A DNA stretch of 64,000 nt from an uncultured delta proteobacterium (GTDB lineage: Bacteria; Desulfobacterota; Binatia; UBA9968), in the NCBI GenBank assembly GCA_963840855.1, contig CAWJBB010000030.1:225755-289754 (forward strand), given 5' to 3'. The translations under genes and the position numbers were made by a program. Below the pieces are notes generated by a model. The model was given only the letters and a program-made list of their open reading frames with translations. It ran no database searches and had not been told where the DNA came from. How positions within the stretch are numbered: the stretch's first letter is position 1; each line of letters opens with the position of its first letter. Positions 42,985 through 51,977 of this stretch are shown in pieces.

Positions 42985-44381
42985 TGTCAGTGAACAATTA
43001 AAAATGCACTCGTTTAAACTTTAAAAGTGCACTATTTGTCTTCTTTGGGTTTTCATCATCATCCATTGAGCCAGGGAGGACAAGATGGGCAAGCATCTGC
43101 GCAAACTGTTTTCGGCAGACCAAGTAAAGGAAGTTTTTCAGAGGTATCTATCACGGCAGATCGGAGTCGATCAGGCGTCGGCAATACTCAAGATTCGAAG
43201 ACGTCAGTTTTTCAAATTGTTGAAGGTCTACCGGGAGAGGCCAGAGAGCTTTTCCTTGGATTATACCCGGAAGACACCTCCTCGGAAGATCGATGCCAAA
43301 GCAGAAGCGAAGATAACCCAAGAACTGAAAAAAGAGGCCGAGATCATTGGGGACAAGCGCAATCCGGTGCGGTTCTACAACTACAGTTACTTGAAAGAGA
43401 TCCTGGAAAAGAAGCACAAAGTCCATGTGTCTTTGCCAACCATCATCCGTCGGGCGAAAAAAATGGGTATTACGAACAAAGGCCTTCTCGAAAAGTCCAT
43501 GATCGGGAGGTCCTGACCAACTATGTGGGAGAACTTCTCCAGCACGATACCTCCTACCATCTGTGGTCCCCGCTGGCACAAACCAAGTGGTATCTCATCA
43601 CGACTATCGACGATCACAGCCGCAGGATTTTGCACGGGGATCTGTGGGAGAAGGAGACCACCTGGACGCATATCGTGGCTCAGAGGTCCGTGCTGACCCA
43701 GTTTGGCTGTCCGTTGAAGTACTATGTCGATAATCATTCGATCTTCCGCTACGTGGAGAAAAGAGACAGTGTGTGGAAGAAATTTGAGACCACCGAAGAA
43801 CAAGCCGTTGTTCAGTGGAAGGAGGTTCTCAAGGAGTTAAGCATCGAGGTGGTTTATGCCTTGAGTCCTGCCGCCAAGGGAAAAGTGGAGAGGCCCTACC
43901 AATGGCTGCAGGATCACCTGGTCAGGACCTGTGTGCGGGAGGAAATCACCAAGCTCGATCAAGCTCGCCAGCTCCTCTATGAAGAGATTCATCGGTACAA
44001 TTACCAACGGGTTCACTCCACCACCGGGGAAATCCCTGTTCGTCGTTATGAAAAAGCCCTTGGGGAGAATCGAAGCGTGTTTCGCAGGTTTGAAATTCCC
44101 CGACCTTATCAGACCCTCGATGATATTTTCTGTTACCGTTTCAAAAGGACGGTGGATGCTTATCGCAAGGTCTCCTGGAACGCTTTGCAGTTCAGCGTGG
44201 CGGGTGTTCCTATTCGCGAAGAGGTGGAACTGCGGATCAGCTTTAACCTTAAAACCCGGTTAGCCCTCATTCGATTCTGGTATCAGGAGAAGCTCGTGGG
44301 AGAGCAACGAGTCAAAGCCGAAGATCTCAAGAAAGTGCACTTTTAAACTTTAAACAGTGCACTTTTAAAAGTTTCCCAACA
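42985..44381 (+). mobile_element. IS481/IS1202-family insertion sequence, 1397 bp, 16-bp target duplication
   Basis: TGT...ACA ends with imperfect inverted repeats containing repeated TAAAAGTGCACT. ACATCCCAAATGGAAG flanks it at 42969-42984 and 44382-44397. Confidence 0.9.
43085..44346 (+). pseudogene. DDE transposase, split by a -1 frameshift at an A7 run (about 43457-43463)
   Basis: An HTH N-terminus (43085 frame) and the catalytic motifs QHDTS, IDDHSR, YVDNHS and KGKVER (43027 frame). Confidence 0.85.
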
Positions 44382-44507
44382 ACATCCCAAATGGAAGAAT
44401 CTACACGACCCTTTGGTTTTTTTCGATGACTCGCGGCGCGTTTTTTGAGACATCATCGGATTGCGAAACGTGCGCCGTGCGCCGGAAAGAATGAATAGGA
44501 GAAACTT

Positions 44508-46841
44508 GTGACGATACGGACGCAAACGCTATTGATGGTGACCCTGTTGCTGGTCGCCGCGGTCCTCGCTACAGCCGGTGTTCTTGGCTGGAGCTCACGG
44601 CAGGCGGTGCTGGCCGAAACCGAGGCCCAGGGGCTCGTTATCGCGCGCTTATTGGAACGCAGCGCGGCGTTCGGCGCCCGGGTCATGAGCGATGTTGAGG
44701 CCGCCATCGGCGAGCAGATGGTCATCGAGGCCACGATGGCGGCACATCTCGTGGCCTTGGGGGAGATGGCGGGAGTCAACCCGCAGGAAATCAACCGGCG
44801 GCTTAAACAAATCGCCGACGATACGGTGCTGGACGAAATCTGGATTACCGACGAGAAAGGTCACGCCTACTTAAGAAATATCTCGGAAATCGACTTCACG
44901 TTTAGTCCGGACCCCAAGCAGCAATCCCAAGCCCACGTATTCTGGCCCCTGCTCACAGGAAAAACCAAAAGCGTTGTCCAGGACTCGCGACAGCGCGAAG
45001 TCGATACACAAGTTTTCAAGTACGTCGGAGTCACGGGGGTGGATAAGCCGCGCATCGTCCAGGTAGGTTACAACGCCGCCTTTCTTCAACAACTGCGGCA
45101 GCGCATGGGGCTGACCCGTCTGATCAATCAGCTGGTTTCCGAAGGAAGCGTCATCGCTATCCGCGTCCTCGACAAGAACATGATCACCGTGGACTATGCT
45201 GAGAGGCTTCGGGACGATAAGCTGCCCGAGCCTACGGAGAACGATCTGGCAAACCTTCGCAAGTTGATAAGCGAAGGGCGAACCGAAAGCCATTTGGAAG
45301 GGTCGCTCCTCAAAGTCGCGGCTCCGATCGGCGAAGAGGGGGGAGAATTAAAAGGCGGGGCGATTCTGGTGACTCTCCCTACCGATCGAATGCAGACCGC
45401 CATTCGCAGCGAGACTCGGTTGGCAACAACTGTTAGCGGCTTTGTGCTTTTGTTCGGATCGGTCATTGCTATTTTTGGCGCCAAGACCATCTCCAAGCCG
45501 ATTGCCGACCTCACCGAAATGACCCGCCGGATCGCTGGCGGTGATTTCACGCAACGGATCGATATCCGAGCGAAGAACGAAATTGGCGCCCTTGCGTTCT
45601 CATTCAACGAGATGACGCGGCGCTTGAACGAATCCATCGAACATCTCAAACAAACCACCGCGGCCAAGGAACGGATCGAAAGCGAGCTGCAGATCGCCCA
45701 CGAAATCCAGATGAGCATGGTACCAAAGATTTTTCCGCCGTTTCCGGAGCGCAGCGAGTTTGATATTTTCGCCACCCTGGTGCCGGCCAAAGAGGTTGGG
45801 GGAGATCTCTACGATTTCTTCTTCATCGATAACGATCACCTATGCTTTGCCGTCGGCGATGTCTCCGGTAAAGGAGTCCCCGCCTCGCTCTTTATGGCCG
45901 TCACCAAGACTCTGTTCCGAGCTACCGCCGGCAACGGTGGCACTCCCGGTGAAATCCTCGCGCGCTTGAACGCCGAGATCTGTCGCGATAATGAGTCTTG
46001 CATGTTCGTGACCTTTTTTTGCGGCATCTTGAATACGCGCACCGGTCAGGTCGATTATAGTAACGGTGGCCACAACCTGCCCTATTACCTTCACCACGAC
46101 GGCATCAGTCCTTTGGAAAACGCCGGCGGCAGAGCTCTGGGGCTTGTGGAGCAAAGTCCCTACGCATCGAAGCGGATGGTTCTCGGGCCTGGGGAGGGCC
46201 TGCTGCTTTACAGCGATGGGGTGACCGAGGCGATGGACTCGAGCGAGGCGCTTTATTCCGATCAGCGGCTCGCGCGGTTTCTGGCGAGCAATCGCCGCTC
46301 TTCTCCGCGCCAAATCATCGGCGATTTGGTCAGCGACGTAAGGCGGTTTGCCGGCGGAGCTCCGCAGTCGGATGATATCACCGTTCTGGCGCTGCACTAT
46401 CTTGGCACCACGGAAAACATGACGGAACGCGTAGAGGTCAAGCTTCTTAACAAGCTTTCAGAGCTCGACCGGTTTAATCAGAAGCTGACGGAATTCGGCG
46501 GGCAACACGGTCTACCCGACGAGGTCATGCACGATCTCAACCTCGCCCTGGAAGAAATTCTCACCAACATCATCTCCTATGGTAACATCGACAGCCGGGA
46601 ACACGAGATTAGAGTGCGCCTGAGCGTGCAACCAGGAGAGATAACAGCCGAAGTGGAAGACGATGGGCAACCCTTCAACCCCCTTGACGTGCCTGAGCCT
46701 GACACAACGAAATCGTTGGAGGACAGGACGATCGGTGGACTTGGAATCCATCTCGTGCGCAAAATCGTGGATGGCCTTGAGTACAAGCGGCAAGGAGAGA
46801 GAAATCTGCTGACCATTAAAAAGAAGACGCAGAAATCTTAG
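44508..46841 (+). CDS. Membrane sensor: TM, Cache-like, TM, HAMP, SpoIIE (PP2C) phosphatase and RsbW-type HATPase kinase
   Basis: HAMP NEIGALAFSFNEM; PP2C EVGGDLYD, GDVSGKG, YSDGVTEA and QSDDIT; kinase LEEILTNIISYG, EDDGQPFNP and GGLGIHLVR. Confidence 0.93.
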   Translation: MTIRTQTLLMVTLLLVAAVLATAGVLGWSSRQAVLAETEAQGLVIARLLERSAAFGARVMSDVEAAIGEQMVIEATMAAHLVALGEMAGVNPQEINRRLKQIADDTVLDEIWITDEKGHAYLRNISEIDFTFSPDPKQQSQAHVFWPLLTGKTKSVVQDSRQREVDTQVFKYVGVTGVDKPRIVQVGYNAAFLQQLRQRMGLTRLINQLVSEGSVIAIRVLDKNMITVDYAERLRDDKLPEPTENDLANLRKLISEGRTESHLEGSLLKVAAPIGEEGGELKGGAILVTLPTDRMQTAIRSETRLATTVSGFVLLFGSVIAIFGAKTISKPIADLTEMTRRIAGGDFTQRIDIRAKNEIGALAFSFNEMTRRLNESIEHLKQTTAAKERIESELQIAHEIQMSMVPKIFPPFPERSEFDIFATLVPAKEVGGDLYDFFFIDNDHLCFAVGDVSGKGVPASLFMAVTKTLFRATAGNGGTPGEILARLNAEICRDNESCMFVTFFCGILNTRTGQVDYSNGGHNLPYYLHHDGISPLENAGGRALGLVEQSPYASKRMVLGPGEGLLLYSDGVTEAMDSSEALYSDQRLARFLASNRRSSPRQIIGDLVSDVRRFAGGAPQSDDITVLALHYLGTTENMTERVEVKLLNKLSELDRFNQKLTEFGGQHGLPDEVMHDLNLALEEILTNIISYGNIDSREHEIRVRLSVQPGEITAEVEDDGQPFNPLDVPEPDTTKSLEDRTIGGLGIHLVRKIVDGLEYKRQGERNLLTIKKKTQKS

Positions 46842-46844
46842 ATC

Positions 46845-47192
46845 ATGGACATTAGCGAAGATAGAAAAGCCGACGCGGTCGTATTGGCATTATCAGGCAA
46901 ACTCGATGCCACGACGGCAAAAGCCTTCGAGAATAAAATCCTTACTGTGATCGACTCGGGCGCCCAGCGACTCGTCGTCGATCTTGCCCAGCTGGATTAC
47001 GTCAGCAGCTCGGGCCTGCGCGTCTTTCTGCTTGCCGCCAAGCGACTGCAGGCGACAAACGGGAAGATTACCTTGTGTGGGCTGCAAGATCAGATTCGGC
47101 CGGTGTTCGACTTGGCCGGCTTCTCATCCATCATTTCCATTTACGGCTCGCGCGACGACGCAATCAAAGCCCTATCTACTCTGGCACCATAG
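46845..47192 (+). CDS. STAS domain anti-sigma factor antagonist
   Basis: LSGKLDA, LDYVSSSGLRVFL and VFDLAGF. Confidence 0.93.
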   Translation: MDISEDRKADAVVLALSGKLDATTAKAFENKILTVIDSGAQRLVVDLAQLDYVSSSGLRVFLLAAKRLQATNGKITLCGLQDQIRPVFDLAGFSSIISIYGSRDDAIKALSTLAP

Positions 47193-47391
47193 CGGTGAGC
47201 GGGTTTTCCTTACGACCACCGACCTTCTCTCGCCCTCCTCTCACGCGTGAGTGAATCGTCTACCCAAGCTGCGGGAAAGCGCTTGTTTCGCTGTGGCGGT
47301 TGGAATAGATTGCCCGATAGTTGGCAAACAACGTCGCGCATACTGGGACTTTCGGGGTTAAACCGTTGGACGATAAACTAAGGAGACTGCC

Positions 47392-48417
47392 ATGATCGAC
47401 ATGCATGCCCATTGGAGGCCCGCCGAGCTGATCGACGCCCTGCGCGCCCGCACCAAGGAACCGCGCATCGTGCGCAATCAGGACGGCGTAGAAGTGCTGA
47501 AGAGCCGGATCGGCGAGGAGCCGGTGTCCAAGGCGTTTGATGACGTGGGATTCCATCTCGCAAGGATGGATCGCCAGGGCGTGAACACCAGCGTCCTGTC
47601 GCTGCTCGGTGCGTTCTGCTGGATCGAGTCGCAGCCGGTCGAGGTTTCGCTGCCGCTGTGCAGGTTGGTCAACGACGCACTGTCGGGGCTTTGCCAGAAA
47701 TACGACGGGCGCTTCAGTGCGTTTGCCGCGCTGCCGCTCGTGGATATGTCCGCCGCCGCCGCCGAGTTTGAGCGCGCGCTGGCGCTGCCGGGCGTGGTCG
47801 GCGCGCAGGTGCCGGGAAACGGGTTTCTCACCAAGAAGGACGCCGAGAACATGCGCCCGCTGTTGGAGGTGGCGAACCGCCACCGTGCGATCGTGTTCAT
47901 TCACCACGGTCCGCGCCCTGGCGACGCGTTCCCCAAGGTATCCGGCGACACCGACAACGCGCGCCGCCGCAACGGCACGCTCGACATGCAGGCGAGCCTC
48001 TCCTCGGTGATGGTGACGCTGTGCCTCACCGACTACCTCGCGCCTTACCCCGATGCGACGGTCCTGGTTCACAATCTCGGTGGAAATATTCCCTACGAGA
48101 TCGAGCGCATGGATCACCGCAGCCTGCTGGATACAGCGAAAGAGGAACTGCCGTCGTCGCGCTTTCGCCGTGCGAAGGTGTACGTGGATTGCAACTCGTT
48201 CGGCCCCGGCGCGATCGAGGCCGCGGTGCGCTTGTACGGCGCCGAGCGCATCGTGTGCGGCACCGACGGAACCGAGTTTGGCTGCGAGTGGACCAGCAAG
48301 GCGCTTGCGGAAGCGCAGATCGGCGAGGATGCGCGCGCGAAGATCTTGCACCGCAATGCCACAGCGATGATGTCGCGCCTCGCAAAGGTCGCGCAGCGCG
48401 AAACCGTCGCCGCGTAA
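47392..48417 (+). CDS. Amidohydrolase_2 family protein
   Basis: IDMHAH, MDRQGV, VFIHHG, HNLGG and GTDG. Confidence 0.88.
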   Translation: MIDMHAHWRPAELIDALRARTKEPRIVRNQDGVEVLKSRIGEEPVSKAFDDVGFHLARMDRQGVNTSVLSLLGAFCWIESQPVEVSLPLCRLVNDALSGLCQKYDGRFSAFAALPLVDMSAAAAEFERALALPGVVGAQVPGNGFLTKKDAENMRPLLEVANRHRAIVFIHHGPRPGDAFPKVSGDTDNARRRNGTLDMQASLSSVMVTLCLTDYLAPYPDATVLVHNLGGNIPYEIERMDHRSLLDTAKEELPSSRFRRAKVYVDCNSFGPGAIEAAVRLYGAERIVCGTDGTEFGCEWTSKALAEAQIGEDARAKILHRNATAMMSRLAKVAQRETVAA

Positions 48418-48511
48418 TCCTCGCGCGAGCGGAGGACGGGGTTGAATCTTAAAGACCGCCCACTGCCAGTGGGGGAGCGAGCAGCCGGGATTTCCGGCGG
48501 TATCGACGAAC

Positions 48512-49477
48512 CTAACCGCGCCAGTTGTAGTACAAACTGGCGTAATTTGTATTGTAACTACCGCCTTGCTTGACGCCGCGCGGAAAAGTTGACGCTGCCG
48601 GAAAATCGCCGCCACAATAAATCTCGAGCAGGTTTCCAGAGGGATCGCGAAAGTACATCAAACCTTTCTTGCCGTCGCGCGTCCACGGACCCGGCGTTAC
48701 CACGCCGTGGGATTTGAGCCACTCGATCATTCGCAGGAAATTCTCCGTGTCCGCGTAAAACGCGTAATGCGGATATTCGACATCGCGCCCGGTCGGCACG
48801 CCCCCGCGCGTCGACAAGCCGACGACGGCGCCGGCGAGCCGAACCTCAGTGAACGTCTCTGGATCGCTCGTTGCGATCGCGTCGCCGCCCATCACCTCGA
48901 CGAAGAAGCGCTTGGACTGTTCGATGTCGCGCACCGGCATGCTGAGGTGGCCGAAGGAATGAATGCGCGGCCGTTCGGCGGCATTTTCCACCGCACCGTT
49001 CCACTGAACGTACTGGAGCGCTTCCAACGGCAGCGATCTCCCGCCCTGGCGCGGTCCCAGTGCCAGCTCGCGAATGTCTTCGTAGCCGCTGTCGCAGTAA
49101 AGCTCGAATAGATTACCCGAAGGATCGCGAAAATAGAGTAGCGCAGTTTTGTAGTTTCGCGTCCAACCGTGCTGAGGCACCCGGCATGCTTCAAACCAGC
49201 GGCGGGCCAGCGCAAAGTTCTTTCCGTCGACATTGAGCCCGTAATGCGGGTACTCCACCGTTGGCCCCGTCCAACCGCCGGATTGCTGAGAGATGCCGAA
49301 GATAATGTCGGCGATGCGTACCTCAGCGAATCCGGGAATGTCATGGATGAGCTCCCCACCCAATACCTGGGTATAAAATCGCTTTGACTCTTCCACGTCG
49401 CGGCACGGTAGACTGATATGATGCAAGTAAGCGAAGCGGGGTCGTTGATGCTGCGCAGTTCCGGCTCTGCTCTCCAT
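48512..49477 (-). CDS. VOC/glyoxalase family protein with two repeated domains
   Basis: HHISLPCRD..YPHYG..YFRDPSGNLFEL recurs as GHLSMPVRD..YPHYA..YFRDPSGNLLEI. Confidence 0.88.
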   Translation of the reverse strand: MESRAGTAQHQRPRFAYLHHISLPCRDVEESKRFYTQVLGGELIHDIPGFAEVRIADIIFGISQQSGGWTGPTVEYPHYGLNVDGKNFALARRWFEACRVPQHGWTRNYKTALLYFRDPSGNLFELYCDSGYEDIRELALGPRQGGRSLPLEALQYVQWNGAVENAAERPRIHSFGHLSMPVRDIEQSKRFFVEVMGGDAIATSDPETFTEVRLAGAVVGLSTRGGVPTGRDVEYPHYAFYADTENFLRMIEWLKSHGVVTPGPWTRDGKKGLMYFRDPSGNLLEIYCGGDFPAASTFPRGVKQGGSYNTNYASLYYNWRG

Positions 49478-49637
49478 AGCTAGGCTCCTCCGGAGTGTGA
49501 TGGTCGGACTATTACACGACTGTGCTACCTGAACAAGGTTCGACCGTTCCGAACCTGCCAAAGCTGCTTCTCGTATTGCACTGGGCGTTAATGTAAAAAC
49601 AATTCCAGATAATATCTTTACTTGAAAGGAGCGGACT

Positions 49638-50192
49638 ATGGCCAAATGGTTTTTCGAACCGGGGCACACGGCGGCGGAGGTTTCTGTGCGTCACATGATG
49701 GTGACTTTTGTCCGCGGCCATTTCAAAGATGTCCACGGCACGCTTGTTTTTGACCCGGCGGACCCAGGCGCGACTTCCGTCGAGGCCACGATCGAAGCTG
49801 CTGGAATCTGGACAGGCGAAGCGGCGCGCGACGCTCATCTTAAAAGCGAGGACTTTCTCGACGTAGAGAAACATCCGAAGATTACTTTCGCGGGTAAGCA
49901 GGTCGAACTGGCCGGCGCGGACGAAGCGGTTCTCACGGGCGAGTTGACGATTCGGGGCGTCACCCGCACCGTGCCACTGCGCGTCCATTATCTAGGTCAG
50001 TGGCAAACCCCATGGTGGGAAGATGGGCTGGATAAAGGACCGAAGACCAGGGCGGGCTTTGCCGCCACCACCACGATCAATCGCCACGACTTCGGCGTGA
50101 GCTGGAATAGCGCTTTAGACAGGGGTGGGGTCGTCGTCGGCAACATGGTTGAGATCACGATCGACGCCGAAGCGATCCTGCAAGAAGATTGA
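49638..50192 (+). CDS. YceI family protein
   Basis: VRHMMV..VRGHF, RDAHLKSEDF, GELTIRGVT and INRHDFG. Confidence 0.92.
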   Translation: MAKWFFEPGHTAAEVSVRHMMVTFVRGHFKDVHGTLVFDPADPGATSVEATIEAAGIWTGEAARDAHLKSEDFLDVEKHPKITFAGKQVELAGADEAVLTGELTIRGVTRTVPLRVHYLGQWQTPWWEDGLDKGPKTRAGFAATTTINRHDFGVSWNSALDRGGVVVGNMVEITIDAEAILQED

Positions 50193-50308
50193 TCGTCCAC
50201 AGCTTCTTCGGATCGATAACCTGGTAAAATCAAAAGGTTCTTCGTCACGGCTTCGGCTCACTGAAACGGGATAGGGGAAGCGTATGGTCAGACGTGATAT
50301 TTGTTATT

Positions 50309-51091
50309 TTAATGCTCGATGGCTGACGCGATTCGCTCTAATGTTCCCTCGAGCCGTTTGTCGGTTTTCAACCGCACTTCCATTCGCGCAACACTCCGGC
50401 TCACGCAGGTCGGATCCACTCCGAGCATCTCCGCTAGTCCCTTGACCGACAGCTCCGTACAACTACTGCCCACGTGACACACGAGCTCGCGCGCCAGCAC
50501 CCGCTGCAGATCTTTTCCCGCACCGATCACCTCTCTTCTCGTCATTCCGAGCACCTTGCAGACAGCCTCAAGAAGCGCGTCCGCCTTGATCTTAATCCGT
50601 ACCCTCTCCTCCTCTCCCGCCTTGCTTTTGACCTCCTCCGCAAACTGTCGATCCCCAAGAAATCTCCCATCGAGCACGTCGTAATACTCTTCCTTGTGCC
50701 CCTCGTCCATTCCTTCTGATACAAATTTCCGATAAAGCTTTTTGGCTTCCCTCACGGTTCGGCTGAACTGCCTCAACACCTCAGTGGTATCCAACCACGG
50801 CTGCTTGCTACCATCGGTTATGTAGGATCGGTAACTGCTCCAAACATATTCTCCCGGGTCCTTCACCACTTTCGCTCGCATCGGGTTCAAATGCAGATAC
50901 CGACTGAGCTCTAATAGATAACTCTCCTTATCGCACAGGATCGCTTTATAGCGACCCTGAAACAGATGCCCCACAAGTTTGTGCCGCCAGTTGAAATACT
51001 GCGTGTATCCGCTGCCAAACCTCTGCATCAGCCGTGATAACGGAATCTCGCCCGCCTCCAAAAGCAGATGGACGTGATTTTCCATCAGCAC
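50309..51091 (-). pseudogene. 5'-truncated Y1/RAYT transposase with a C-terminal HTH
   Basis: LMENHVHLL (HUH), GHLFQGRYKA, RYLHLNP and WSSY; the N-terminal YHV..RG segment is missing. Confidence 0.85.
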
Positions 51092-51176
51092 GTACTCGTG
51101 GGCGACAGATCGCGAACTTTTTTACGCGATCTGTTTCATCCGGGCGAACCGCTCACCTGATCTTCAGAAGCGCCCT

Positions 51177-51614
51177 TTAGCCCGGCGCCACAATCCTCAG
51201 TCCGGGTAGATGCCTCGCAATTCGGCTAAAGTCATCCAGATTGCTGGTCAGGACTGTTGCGCCGATTTGCCGTGCGGTCAAGGCGATCAACAAATCGTTA
51301 ATGGGCCCCAGCCGGTCGTCGAGTCCGGAGCCGTCGCCGTAGAGAGTCCGAAATAATCGTCCGGCGTGGTCGAAGAGCGGCGGCAACGGCGCGATCGAGC
51401 GGCTCGCAGGAAAAGCGGCCTGTATGCGATCGACCGCTCTGTGGCGCCGCGCGGTGTCGGCGCCAATACGGAGTTCCAGCAGCACGACGGAGGAGAGAAA
51501 ACGAATGATGTTGCTAACACTACCAAAGATCCAATCGGCATAAAGATCGGCGCGCAGGTAGTCAATAAATACATTGGTATCGAGCAGCACTTTGCCGGTT
51601 ACCGGTAGGGCCAC
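51177..51614 (-). CDS. PIN domain (VapC-like) toxin
   Basis: LLDTNVFI, SSVVLLEL, NDLLIALTA and TSNLDDF. Confidence 0.9.
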   Translation of the reverse strand: MALPVTGKVLLDTNVFIDYLRADLYADWIFGSVSNIIRFLSSVVLLELRIGADTARRHRAVDRIQAAFPASRSIAPLPPLFDHAGRLFRTLYGDGSGLDDRLGPINDLLIALTARQIGATVLTSNLDDFSRIARHLPGLRIVAPG

Positions 51615-51790
51615 GGCCGCCTATCCCCTTTCAAACTGCCCTTTAACGGCTCCATGGCGGCAAGGATCTCTTTTTCCTCAATGAGAAGCGAGAGCGCCCG
51701 ATCGATCGCCTCTTGCTCTGAGTCCACGCCAAAGTACCGTTTGGCAAAGTCGATCTTTTTCTGATCGAGTTTTAAATGTTTGTGCTTCAT
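51599..51790 (-). CDS. Putative VapB-like antitoxin
   Basis: Small RHH-like ORF (KHLKLDQKKIDFAKRYFG..EQEAIDRAL) overlapping the PIN gene start. Confidence 0.75.
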   Translation of the reverse strand: MKHKHLKLDQKKIDFAKRYFGVDSEQEAIDRALSLLIEEKEILAAMEPLKGSLKGDRRPWPYR

Positions 51791-51977
51791 CGCGGTGCTA
51801 CGCATCTCGCCGTTCTCCGATGTACATGACGTGTACACAGCAAACTATCACGCCACTTGCTTAAATACAACTTTCACGCCTTAGCGGATGAGGCTGCGTG
51901 TGTCGGCGAAACTCGATGGGTGCCTGGGTAGTCTTCGCAAACCCATCGCACGCGCTTTGTGCGAATCGCGTGCGGCG

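Noticed and set aside
42861-44435. 12-bp direct repeat CGATGACTCGCG flanking the palindrome plus IS
   Set aside because: It could be a target duplication of an outer element, but it overlaps the palindrome's own end motif and chance cannot be excluded.
47260-48615. 451-aa minus-strand ORF
   Set aside because: It is the antisense shadow of the amidohydrolase at 47392-48417.
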